Of a DNA stretch of 64,000 bases, positions 25,801 to 37,245 are shown piece after piece. Source of the stretch: Schizochytrium sp. TIO01 (Eukaryota; Protista; Bigyra: Labyrinthulomycetes); the NCBI GenBank assembly GCA_004764695.1, contig SMSO01000025.1, positions 62,001 through 126,000 on the forward strand, given 5' to 3'. Under the pieces are notes generated by a model that was given only the letters and a program-made list of their open reading frames with translations, was not told the origin of the DNA and did no database searches. The translations under genes were made by a program, and so were the position numbers. The first letter of the stretch is position 1; each line of letters opens with the position of its first letter.

Positions 25801-27323
25801 ACGTGTGGAAGGTCAATTGCTGCTAGGGCACGAACCTTCAGCTTCACGTATCATTCACGATGAGTTGACAAAGCACGCGTGCGGATCAAGAATCCTGAGA
25901 TGTCTTCGCGAAGAAGATCTTAGAGTTCTTCTCAAGTTCCAGACTTGGAAATTGTCACCTGCTCAGATTTGAGTACTTTATGCTACTCTAAGAAAAAACT
26001 TCGAGAGCTGCTTTGAAATACCGTGCAATGCAGCAGCAGGCGCACTAGACATATGAATCAAGCAGGCCTGAGCTCCAGCAGGCTTTAGAAAGCCTGGAAA
26101 TACCCCAAGGCTACTGCTCCAGCCTATAGTCGCCAACTCGAAAGGGGGTAGCTCAGGCAAGCCCCGAGCTTCACCAAGACGCTCTGGGTTCCTCCTCAGA
26201 TCCACGGTGGTTCCGTGGACGTGCTTTGGTGTCCTATGCAACTTCTAGGACATGAAGCTGACCCTCAGGTGTGAGGGTGTGTACCAGAGGTCCTCGTTTG
26301 TGCATTTGGGGACTTTAGTGCCTAAGCAGCAATAGTATGTACTTTTTTTCTCTCTGCTGATGCTGAGAGCGTTGGCGCACTCCGAGAGCCTGAAGCGGTG
26401 GCTTTGAGCGGATCATGTCCGTGCGGAGGACGGGCGGTTCGCAGCGTGCGAGGTGCTTGCGCGAAAGGGATATCTCTGGCCACCCTGCGTTTCGGTGTTT
26501 CTTGTAACTTCTGGACTAGTTTGCTAGCGTGTCTGTAAGCTTTGAAGCGATGCGGGCCGGAAGCTCAGGGAAACACAGCGAAAGACTCGCCACGCTCCTC
26601 TTGCACTCCCGCTACAGCAATCAATAGCTGCGCATACGCATGGCATGGCATGCATAGCATGAAATGAAGATGTCCAAGACCACACCATTATTTAAAAGGC
26701 TAGTTGATGGATAGATGAGTAGATGAATGACCAACTGTGCCGTGGAATCTGATGATCTTGATTCGTGAAGGTCAACCGAGTTGGAATACGTTGAAACGTG
26801 ATCATTGTGACGTAAGCCTCTGCCCAGCGCAACTTTGCCCTTGACACGAAAGATCGCATGCTACTCCGAGCGAACTTATGCGCTAGAAGAAGATTGGTTT
26901 AACCTACCAAAGAAGGGTAGGTACCAGCCAATGTGGCTTGTGATTCGAGATCCATCGTGAGGCGAAGCTCTGCTCGCTCGAGTTATGGCATTTTGTAATA
27001 CTAGGTACCTACTGCCTACCTGAGTACCATGGTAGATAGATAGTTGGCTAGTTGCTGTCAAGCCCTAGCTGGCTAGCTAGTGACTAGCGATTGCTTTTGA
27101 CTCATAGGGTTTCCTTCCAATACATGATCTAAGTCGATCTATGAATGTGCTAGTTCCTGAGCATCATGTGGGGGAAATCCACTCCATGTGAGAATCAGCA
27201 AGTTGAGGACCTGACGAATCAGCAAAACCAAAACTCGAAACCAAAAGCAAAACAACAATCCAAAAGCAAAACAAGCAACCGACCCACAAGTCTTTGTAGC
27301 AAGCAAACAACTCACCTAGAACA

Positions 27324-27785
27324 ATGTCTGCCCCCATCGAGAAGCCCCAGGCCTCCCACGAGGTGAACAACCAGCCCAATGAGAACAACACCGCCACCTT
27401 TATCCAGGACTTTGCTATTGCCTGCGCTGAGAAGAACACTGCCGGCGTTGCTGAGCGCCTTGCCAACATCACCCCCGAGGAGGCCGATGATCTTGTCCAG
27501 GTTCTTGACAAGCTCTACCGTAAGGATGACGTGATGACTTACGACAACTTTTTCCACGAGACCATCTCCAACACTTCTCCCCTCAATGCTCGCTCTACTG
27601 CTCGCCTGGTCTTCGCCGCCATTCGCCAGAACATGGATGAGCTCGCTGATGCTCTTGTCAAGAACCGCAAGGTAGACCAGAAGACCTTTGAGGAGGAGAT
27701 CAAGAACCTTAACGGCAAGTTTCACGTTCCTGAGGACAAGCTCCAGTCCTTTGTCAAGAACCACGAGATGGCTGCTAGCGCCTAA
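27324..27785 (+). CDS. Orphan 153-aa alpha-helical protein, probably very highly expressed
   Basis: Extreme codon bias: all Lys AAG, all Glu GAG, all Gln CAG, and only one A-ending sense codon. C/A-rich leader ending ...GAACAATG. No recognised domain. Confidence 0.85.
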   Translation: MSAPIEKPQASHEVNNQPNENNTATFIQDFAIACAEKNTAGVAERLANITPEEADDLVQVLDKLYRKDDVMTYDNFFHETISNTSPLNARSTARLVFAAIRQNMDELADALVKNRKVDQKTFEEEIKNLNGKFHVPEDKLQSFVKNHEMAASA

Positions 27786-28389
27786 TTGAAACCTGAGATC
27801 CTCCATGGCCAGCACTCCAGTTCTCAATCATAATGAGTTCCCGCCCTTTCTATTATTTTAGCACTAGTAAATGCGAGTACATACAATGTTCACTCCTTTT
27901 GTAATGATCAATTTCAACCAAATACCAAGGATGGTGGTGTTGCTGAACATGTACCACAAAACTCAGAAACTCCAGCCACTCTGTGGTCATAAGACCGCTT
28001 TATCTTCAAAGTCCCAAATTGTACTTATAATTTCCACAATAACTTCGATTGTGGCCTGATCTGCGATGTGTCATCCATGTAATCTATCGTAGCAGTCACG
28101 TTGATAACATCGCTTTTAAAACAACGCCAGTTTAGCATGTGAAGAACAGCTTGTTCAACATTGTTCGGCATTGCATTGTGTATGTGATCTCGGTGTTTAT
28201 AGCCGTGCTCATTAGTGAGCTCACGTGCAGGAAGTCCTCTAAGAAAACATTTATTTGAATTTATCGGCGGGTAGCAAAGCTCAATACTTTTTAAGAACTA
28301 CTATTATCAATAGATTATATTCCGTATCAATAAAATTTTGTGACTATCCCAAACTAGGATCAGGCATACTTTTTATTTTATTATTCTCG

Positions 28390-31300
28390 CTACGCAAAGA
28401 AATCATTGCTTTCTTGGTCCTCTGACGCTTCGGAGCAAAGAGAATTTGCGGTTGTTCGGGTGGAGATCTTTCCAGTTTTTTTCTTAACAATGCGTTTCTT
28501 TGTTTTAAGCTTTGATCCCAACCCGAAACCACTCGTTGACCCACTCAGCATAAACGGCGATGCAGCACCATGATCGTTTAAATACGATTCCATTAAATCA
28601 GTTACGTCTAGGCCTCCACATAAAGCATTGTAAAGCTCCTCTGTCCCTTCTGGCCGAACACTACTTAGAACGTAACGAGCAAAATCCTGATTACGAGCTC
28701 TAAGAATTGCAGGCAACATTACTTTAACCAAACGAGCATCTTCACAAAGGTTTGGAACCCGGGAAGTGAGAAATTCTAACACAGGGACATTGTCAAACGC
28801 GGCAAAGTTGCGGACGCATGCCTCGAGATTGTCAATTCCTCGCACAATCTCTTGCAGGCGTGGAACATCAAAGAGTAGCTGAAGAATGGGCAAGCCTTTT
28901 GTCATTTGCAAAGGACTTTGTGATAAATTTAACATCGCTTGGTTCAGCATCGAACTATCAATGTATTCAATTATTGACTGATGCTGCAATAATACACGAG
29001 TTACGTTGAGGAAAGGTTTACGAAATGCCAATTCAATGCACGATTCGCCTCGATCTGAATGATTCTCGCGGCCTATTTTCTCACCAGGCAGTCTCAATAA
29101 AAACTCCACAACCCGGCTTCGACCGCTAAAGCAACCCACCAATAGAGGAGTATATCCCATACGAGCGTCACCTATGTTCAAAATAGCACCAGCATCACTC
29201 AAGGCATTAAGTGATCGCACTCCATTCATTCTGGCTGCTAGCCATGCAGGAGAGACAGTCTGGCCATCGATTTCGATTGACTCATTAGGGTCTGCACCTT
29301 GGGCTAGGAGATATTCTGTCACAGAAGCTTTACCCCACTTGATTGCAGCACCCAAGAGTGTTAAATCTTCTTTGCGAGAGCCAATTGTAAGACGAACGCG
29401 ATGCAGGTTTAAAAATTCGCGGATGTCAGCTGCTCGCCCCGCTTTGATCTCTGAGCGAGCAATTGCTGCAAGAGCGTCAACACATCCTGACTTTGCCGCA
29501 AGGTACGCAGCACTTGCTCCACCTTCAGAGAATACACTAGAGTCTGCTCCTCGACTCAAGAGAAAGTCAACAATCTCTGGTCTTCTAGCGCTACAAGCTA
29601 CAAGTAAGGGAGTATAGCCATTTGATTTCCGTTGATTAACTTCTGCTCCTCCTGAATCAACAAGAACGCGGACCATATCCAACATGCCAGTACGGCTCGC
29701 CTCATACAATGCAGTACGCCCTTGGTCTCTTTCGCAAGTAAAGTGAACATCGCTACCTCGGTCAAGGAGGAGCTGTAAGACATCTGGGTCCTTGCCTGTT
29801 GCTGTACAATGCATCAAGACGCTCCATCCGGTGCTAGGACTCTCTGTACAAGACGACAGGCCAACAAGTGGATCCGTCAACAAGCGAACTACAAAGCTAG
29901 CAAATTGAGCGGATCCGGCGGCAACACAAAGCAATTCATCGCGAGCAATTTTAGATAACACTTCTTGAACGAAAACTCGTCGCAATTGCGGGCTCAAATT
30001 CTCAATGAGAAATGCAAGAAATGCAAGATTGCATTCCACAAGATTGACATCTTTTGCACTATCAAGCTTGGTACATAGTGCAGATACTTGTCGTAGATTG
30101 TTCCTATTGTTAGGGACTTTAACCTTTTGAAGTAAAGCCGATGTTAGCGCATGGATGCGCTCTGTGCTGTTTTCATCGCTCTCATTATTAAGTCGACGAG
30201 TCACTTCCTCGTCTAGTTTTGTGACTTCTTCATTCACTTTATCGCTCACCAAACGACGCTTTAACTCGTTCAAGAGCTGCGGAGAGCTCAGCAGTGGTCC
30301 GTTGCCCAACGAAGTTGGGTTGGCGAAACAAATCGCGAACCAGCTGCTGAAGGGATTGCTTGGTTGTACATTTTGATGCTGCATAGTTTGCTGCTAAAAA
30401 CGCTTGCGCATTACCACTCAAAAACGTGTACTCTCGCTCTGTTACTCGTTGATTTCGGTCACGGCAACGGAGAAGCGGATGGGCGTCTAAATGGACTGAT
30501 TCAAGCAGTGAATTTAGCCCTCGGGCTAGGTTTGTAGTGGAAAGTAGTCCAACATCAACATTTTCCTGGAGCATGTACCAACCCATCTCAAATTGTAACT
30601 CATCAACCATAGCTTTTAGGACTGCGTCTATTTTGAAAAACCCAGTCTCGATTCCATGTAGCTGTACATAGAAGGCAATATGAGCAAGAACTCGCTTAAA
30701 AGAGATATGTTCACCGCCCGAAAGACGCAACGGGGCTAAGTTGTGGTCAATTAGAGATGAGAATAATGCACTCGTAGAGAGTGCGTCTTCAGCTTCTTGG
30801 CGAAGAGCCATTTTCGATTCTTTCTCTTTGTGCAGTTCCTTTTTTTCCTCCACCGTGCCTCCTTTCTCTTCTGCTAGCGTTTTCCTGGAAGAAAACACGT
30901 TTTCATTCGTTTCTTTGTTGTTGAACCGTGCAAGAACAGATGTCAAAAGTAATGATACTTGAAGAGCATCCTGACAGAGGTAATAGTCGCGGAAAATTGC
31001 ATCCATAATTTCCTTCCGTGGAGGAGCTCGAAGGTAGTTTTCTGCAAATGCAAGAACATGTTGGCTTTGTAAAGGTTGCAAACCGATATGAATAAAACCT
31101 GCATGTTGTACCATATGCCGGATCTGCCCATTAAGTGGACGAGTTGCCACAACCAAACGAAACGAACCTAATTGTGTAGACTCTCCTCCCACGGAGTCTG
31201 ATACTTCAGTACGACCTGCAAATGTATCATCTTCGCTCGTTTCCGATGCGTCACTAGTGGAGTTTGCCTCAGATTCAGTCTCATCTAGCAGGGGCCGAGA

Positions 31301-33860
31301 TAACCTAATCAACGTCGTAAGCAACGGAGTCCATGAGTCTGCTGCTTGACTAATACCATCGCACAACAGTACTAATCGCCCTTGCGCGCGCGCACGACGG
31401 AGCATTGCAGTGCGTAAAGCTCGTTCACCATACCTTGCTTCCCAAAATGCGTCGACAATATCTAAATTATTAGTAGCACTGTCTTCTGAATGCTCAAGTC
31501 TATCGACCCATGGTGCTAGTTCAACTGCATTTACAACATAGGGGACAAGGTTTGTCAGAGCGATTAGTCTCGTCACGAGCAGAGAAAGCAAAAGAGTTTT
31601 GCCCATGCCACTACTACCAATGATGGCAAGACGACCACACATTGAAGCATCCGTGACTTCTTCGTGTAACAGAAAGATCTTTGTGAAATCTACATCGAGA
31701 CGCTCAGAGCTTGATGTCTCTGGTATGGAAACAATCGCATTATATGCATCTGCCATACGTGTAGAGATTGGGAGGCGCTCACATGTGACAGCATCGGTAT
31801 AAAATGCATGTTTCAGCCTGCATGTAGTTCTATACTTGGCTTCCACTGCCTCTAAATCAAGAGCAGCGAAAGAATCATTATTAGATGGCGAATAGCGTGC
31901 AGTTGGAGGCGGACCCTCGTTTGCAAGGATAGCCTGGGCATGCAGAATACAGAACTGTAGCGCCCAAAGTTTCCCTGCATTACTAACATCTGGATAGCGT
32001 AACACATCGAGTGTATACGCAAGCAATGCAAATGCATGCTGTGACTGTTTACCTACACCCTGGGTTAGATCTGCAGCAAACTGCCGCAGACGCGTCATTG
32101 CAACAAATACCGGCTCAAGACCTGGCACCGGTAGCGGATTGTGAATAAAGTTCAGCGCATGGTTAATTGTCAGCTCATCGAGGAGAGGTGTATACTCGAA
32201 TAAAAGGCAAGTCTCGAGTTTGGCTAGGTCCCGCACAATGTGACTTTCGTCGAAATCTGCAAAATCAATAATCCAAGCCATGCCCATGGCGTCAACAAGT
32301 ACATTGTTTCCGTTCAAATCGTTATGTTGTAGCCCAAAGTATACTTCATCGCTGCCATCGACCTGCTGTAGAAATTTTTGAAAGAATCGCAATATACCCT
32401 CAGGGGTGCGAAACTCACCGCCACTAATTCTTAATCGATCGAGATCCAAATTCTTCAACATACCAAAGTTGTTGAAAATATTGCGTTGGACTTTCTTTTC
32501 CAGTTCATAAACTTTGACAAGGTCGACCATGACTTTATGTTTCGTTTTATCATAACATTTTGCCATTACTTCTCCGAACACCATAGAAAGCAGATCTTCA
32601 AAGTCCATGACAAAATGACGAGCCGATGGCGGGAGCCGTGGGGCAGCAAGTGACCCAATGTTATTATGTTTGTCAAGGGCGTTAGCGTTGTTTTGCGAAA
32701 CTGTCGTGCGAGGGTTACTTTTGAACTGCATTTTGTAGAGTGATTTCAATGTCAGAATCAAGGTTGAGTTTTCTTTCACAAAACGAGGCAACGTCCAGCA
32801 GGCCCCACATAGTTGAATGCGAACAGCCGCACAACCACCAGAGCTAGTATATCCCAAGACTGTTGGCGCACTGTCACCTAGATAAGGAGCAGCAACTTCC
32901 ATGCGGTCGACCTCACTCTGAAGTTCATGCACCTCATCCATTTTAACGACGCTTTGTTCTTCTTCCACGTCTTCCTGGGACCAAGATCGACAACGAAAGA
33001 CTGAAGCTGACGAAAACCCGCCCGCAAGGACATCAAGCTCAACACGAACAGAGTTTTCAAAAAGATTTGACACCATAGACTCAATCAACTTCTTTCGGGG
33101 GAAAAGGGTATTCGGGGCATTCAACCCAGTCAACACGTGCGGGAGGTCTTTGGTGGCCTTCGTCAAATGATGCAAGCCGATGACGCAGCATGGAGGGTTC
33201 AGCAACTTCATTCTCTAGCACATGCTGCCACGAGCAAATATGGGCGCTGCAATCATGAACGAGGTAAAAGGGACTGGTTTGGATTTTGCTACCAGAAAGA
33301 TGCACTATGTGATCATCTTTTTTCGCCGTCTCCCGGATTGTTTGCAACTCGTAATCATCTACCAAGCTTTCGAGTAATATACCAAATTCATATTCCGTAC
33401 TAGGGAAACCGTCTGTGCTCTCAAATAAACCTCGCCGTAAGCTGAGGTGCGAGTTGACCCGTTGTTCCTTCCATTCAACTACTGGTATTTGTTCATGCTT
33501 GTTTTCCTTTGTATTTGAGCCAGAGTATTGTTCTACAAACTCTTTCGCAAAGGCGTAAACATCATCTGGCTGCTTTTGAACAATCTTCTCCAAGAGTTCA
33601 CGAAGAATTGGAGCTGTTCTTTCTCGCAAGCTGGCGTCGGATCCGCATCGATATCGTGCTCGATCCTTTATCGTAGTTTCTCGTCCATCAGTGAACCACA
33701 TTCGAATAAATTGTAAAGGATCTTCGCTCGGCCTCAGGTACAACCGCAAGTCCATCAAAAGAGATCGAATAATTGAATTGGCCTCTCTATGGTTGAGAGT
33801 TTGCGCCAGGGCTTGGGAACCTCTTCGAGGGTTTGTCCCGTCTGCATGGGACAAGTCCAT
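28390..33860 (-). CDS. STAND/NLR-like protein: 2 RIIa/Dpy-30-like docking motifs, APH/TCAD9-like kinase, NACHT NTPase and ankyrin repeats; two +1 frame breaks (fused about 1822 aa)
   Basis: Three overlapping ORFs: 33081-33860, 30239-33211 and 28390-30384. Motifs: ILRELLEKIVQKQPDDVYAFAKEF (RIIa-like); LAGGFSSASVF, VVKMD, HNDLNGNNVLVD, IIDFA, DLAKLE (kinase); GSSGMGKT, LVLLCDG, VVATRP, YTFLSGNAQAFLAA (NACHT/winged helix); GRTALYEAS, GYTPLLVAC (ankyrin). Confidence 0.8.
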
Positions 33861-34842
33861 CTCTGGCTAAACAGCGTACAACCCAGTCAATAGGGTTTCA
33901 GGTATTCTTGTAGTTTCGTTCCTGCGTTTTGATGACTCCAGTGTCACATCAGAATGAACGTGCTGTAGCTCTGCTCAGCTCATCTGCAGAATTGAAATAT
34001 TCCATGAAAATGTAACACTTGGTATGGCAACGGTATTGAATATGAAGGATTAGTAGTAGTACTTATTGTTTTAGCCTGGACGCTCTTTTAAAAAGCTATA
34101 AGGAGCGCTCACTGGGCTGGGTTAAACAAAGAGGCGAAAGTAATGAAGATTTACATCCATTGTGACTTCGAGGTGCAATATTTAAGGCAACTCTGGACGA
34201 GGAATATGTCTTCATTAGTCTGGTACTGATTAAATGAGAAAGTTGTGAAATAAAAATAAAAATATATTCTAATCAAAAGATGACAAATGAAATTTATAGC
34301 GCAAATTATGAGACGGTATTCAAGAGTCATTTGTCTCAAAGCCGCACACCCGGTCATAATTGGTAGTACTATTGCTATCGCTCCAATCATGCAGCACCTC
34401 GAACCACCCACACCTTCAGTGGGTAAGAAAGTTTGTGAAAAAAGAAAAGAAAAAAAGACTACATCGCCATAATGATCACATTAGGGAAAACAAGAAGAGC
34501 TATAAATGGCCAGGTAAAACAATATTGGCTTTAGATACGCTTGCAATTCTCCTATTTTTGTGAAATTGGGCTCGCGGAATATGTGACTAGCAAGTTCTTA
34601 AGATAAAGCGCTGATCAGAGCTATTCATTCCAACGTATTGTGTTGTGGAATAATTGGTTTCATAGAAAAACAGCAAGATGTATTTGTTCATTATCATGGC
34701 ACTACTCGCAGAAAGGACCAGCACAGCACACGGACAAAAGATTGAGGATAGTTATACCTCCTTTTGATTTAGAATTATAAGACAATATTGAGCATTGCAG
34801 AGCTCATTTCCGGAATTTGAAATTAAATGTCACCAGGACAAG

Positions 34843-36081
34843 TTACACAGTGTAATGTTGAAATGCAAGGGAGTCTCCAAATGCTTGCAAAGTATACCTG
34901 CTACCAAAGTATATTGCTACGCCAATAGTCAAAGTTATTGGGAGGGCTGGAATAGTAATGTTTTCTGGAGTGACAGCAATCGTAATGATAAGTCCCGCAA
35001 TAATCGCACAAACACAAGCGATTGTAGTACAAGCGTCTATCATCGCAGCACGGCCAACAATGACCCCGTAAAAAACAAGATCCATCAGGCCCAGTTGATA
35101 TAAAGCACGCTCAAAAACCATTCCGGAGGGCATTTTAAACTCTTCTGCCATGTACTTTCGTTGTTGTTCTAAATACATTGCATACCGCAGCGGACCAATC
35201 GGTGTTAATACAGCAAAGAGATCCCAGATAATCATGAAAAGAACCAGGAACCAAAGAGCTAACTCAGGAAGGCTACAAAATGGCCATGTTAGGGCCACAC
35301 TAGCAAGAAGTAATGATAAGTCCGCGAGTCGACGAGGAGCATTTTCCCAAAGAATAGCAACAGCTCCAACAACACCGAAATTCCAAAACACCAGGGAGAA
35401 AGTAATGGCATCCACCGGAAACTCATGCCATTTACTCACACAATAGAGCAAGTATGCTGGCAATGCTGCGAGAAAGCCTGAAAAAGTGATAAAAACAAGC
35501 GCGTATACCGTCTTTTCAAGACGAAAGTGAAGCATACCTACAAACAACAGTGTGAGAACAATGATGGCAGCCTGAATGATGCTTGCGTACACAACTCCTT
35601 TCAAGGTTCGATCTGTGACAGTGTCATCTTCACCTGGGCGAAACCGAATTGGAGCAAAGGGTGCGCTACCAGACTCTTGCATGTCCAGACCCCATACATA
35701 TGCGCAAACAAGTACAAGAACGAAGACCAATGGCCATGTTAGGCAATTGGCCTTGTCAAAAATTGCCTGAGCTTGCGCGTTCTCATGGTATTGAGGCAAA
35801 AGGATTGATTCCTGTGCTTGAGTGAGTATATCACGGAGCCAACCTTTTGGTCTTTTCGTTACAGAGCTTGTTGTTTGGGAGGCAGCCTCACCTTGTTCAA
35901 GGTTTTGTGCTTGTTCGCTTGGTTGTTGTGCACTACTAAATGAGGTCGAACCTGGCTTCACTTCCAGCGTTTGAAAAGTTTGGTCTTCAATTTCAGTCGC
36001 AGTGGAGGGCGCGATGCCCACCACGGCCTTTCTTGGTTCTGATGATGTTGTTGTCTCTTCCGTTGTTGAACTCATGAGCAT
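34843..36081 (-). CDS. Presenilin-like intramembrane aspartyl protease (A22A) with atypical catalytic motifs
   Basis: WNFGVVGAVAI, IWDLFAVLTPIGPLR (YD motif), LGLMDLVFYGVIVGRAA (GxGD motif), PALPITL and a C-terminus resembling presenilin's. Start uncertain (first ATG 36081; an upstream exon is possible). Confidence 0.88.
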   Translation of the reverse strand: MLMSSTTEETTTSSEPRKAVVGIAPSTATEIEDQTFQTLEVKPGSTSFSSAQQPSEQAQNLEQGEAASQTTSSVTKRPKGWLRDILTQAQESILLPQYHENAQAQAIFDKANCLTWPLVFVLVLVCAYVWGLDMQESGSAPFAPIRFRPGEDDTVTDRTLKGVVYASIIQAAIIVLTLLFVGMLHFRLEKTVYALVFITFSGFLAALPAYLLYCVSKWHEFPVDAITFSLVFWNFGVVGAVAILWENAPRRLADLSLLLASVALTWPFCSLPELALWFLVLFMIIWDLFAVLTPIGPLRYAMYLEQQRKYMAEEFKMPSGMVFERALYQLGLMDLVFYGVIVGRAAMIDACTTIACVCAIIAGLIITIAVTPENITIPALPITLTIGVAIYFGSRYTLQAFGDSLAFQHYTV

Positions 36082-36789
36082 CCTCCTCAGGAGCTCGTTT
36101 GATGTTTTGTACACCTGAGTCAGTGCTATAGCAAAGACTATTAGACTTTCAAATAGTCAAAAGGCTAAGGCGAAGTAACAAACTTTGTGACGATGGTGGG
36201 ACGATGGTAGGTAGTATTAGGAGTAGAGGCAGTGGCTCGTTGTATGGGTATCAGTATGATTTGCTTGAAAACAGAAAAAGCTGGCACGCCTAGAAAATAC
36301 ACACACTTATGAACACAGGCTTGTGATTACTACAAGAAAGACTATCCGTATGTTTAGTTCACTTTTACTTAATTTTATTTTTATTGAAGGCTTGCTTTTG
36401 AAAATGTGCTGGATTTTAGAGGTCGACCGGCTTTCGCGTATGACTGTAAGAGATGCTAAATAATTTACGGAGAGGCAACAACCATCTAGAAATTACCATA
36501 AATTTACAAAGGATCCCTTTCTTTAGCTGAAAAGAAAAGCGAACTTCCGTTTCAAAGCACACTACTTCAATCAAGTTGTTTCAAGAAAAAGCAGCCAGTA
36601 TGATAATTTATCTATTTCATATGTCACAGGCTTCAAGCAAAAAGACTTGTTTACATATCTTGTGGTTGGTCAACAGCTGTTTTGCTCAATCTGACCCTTC
36701 TTTTTGAATTACTTAGACGTAACACAAGTGTTTGAAAGCGAATGGCCCAGGATTTTTAATAAGGTATCCTGATGTTCAACGTAAGCATA

Positions 36790-37245
36790 TCAGGTGAAGG
36801 TGATGAGCTCAACATCAAAGATCAGCGTACTATTCCCTGGGATAAGGCCAGGAAACCCGCGCTCGCCATATCCAAGTTCAGCAGGGATTACCAACTTTGC
36901 ACGCTCTCCGACAGAAAGCTGTGATACACCTTCGTCAAGTCCATGAATGACTTGTTCTGCCCCAAGCTTAAATTTAAAGGGCTTGCCTCGGTCCCTTGAG
37001 CTGTCGAATCGTGTACCATCTGCCAGATAACCTGTGTAGTGAATAGTGACAGTTTGGCTTCTCTTAGGATAATTCACTCCATCTCCGCTGTCATTCAGAT
37101 GATCAAAATCAATTCCACGCTACGTTAGTTTGAATGTAAACGACATCGAGTCCGAAGCTCCTCGCAAGCCGCGACATGATTTTAAGAGAGGATAATTCAC
37201 TTACGCCGAAAAAATCTCTACTGTTACTGCGCTCTTCTTTGTCAT
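36790..37245 (-). CDS. FKBP12: FKBP12-type peptidyl-prolyl isomerase; exons 37245-37205 and 37087-36790, 112 aa
   Basis: Intron GTAAGT..ACTAAC..CAG joins [14 protein letters not shown] to [36 protein letters not shown]...LIFDVELI. Confidence 0.93.

Noticed and set aside
27312-27827. 171-aa antisense ORF over the orphan gene
   Set aside because: A by-product of strong codon bias (no TTA, CTA or TCA codons on the sense strand).
6985-30285. Shared 11-mer CAGCTCTTGAA upstream of two frame breaks as a Ty1-like CTT slip site
   Set aside because: It encodes common Ala-Leu-Glu codons, and at the first site the 0-frame clearly continues 17 codons further.
30228-33095. Micro-introns (GT..AG of 4 or 25, 10 and 13 nt) that would remove each internal stop in frame
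   Set aside because: Far shorter than the 75-296 nt introns seen here, with no branch point or CAG acceptor. GT/AG pairs are expected by chance.
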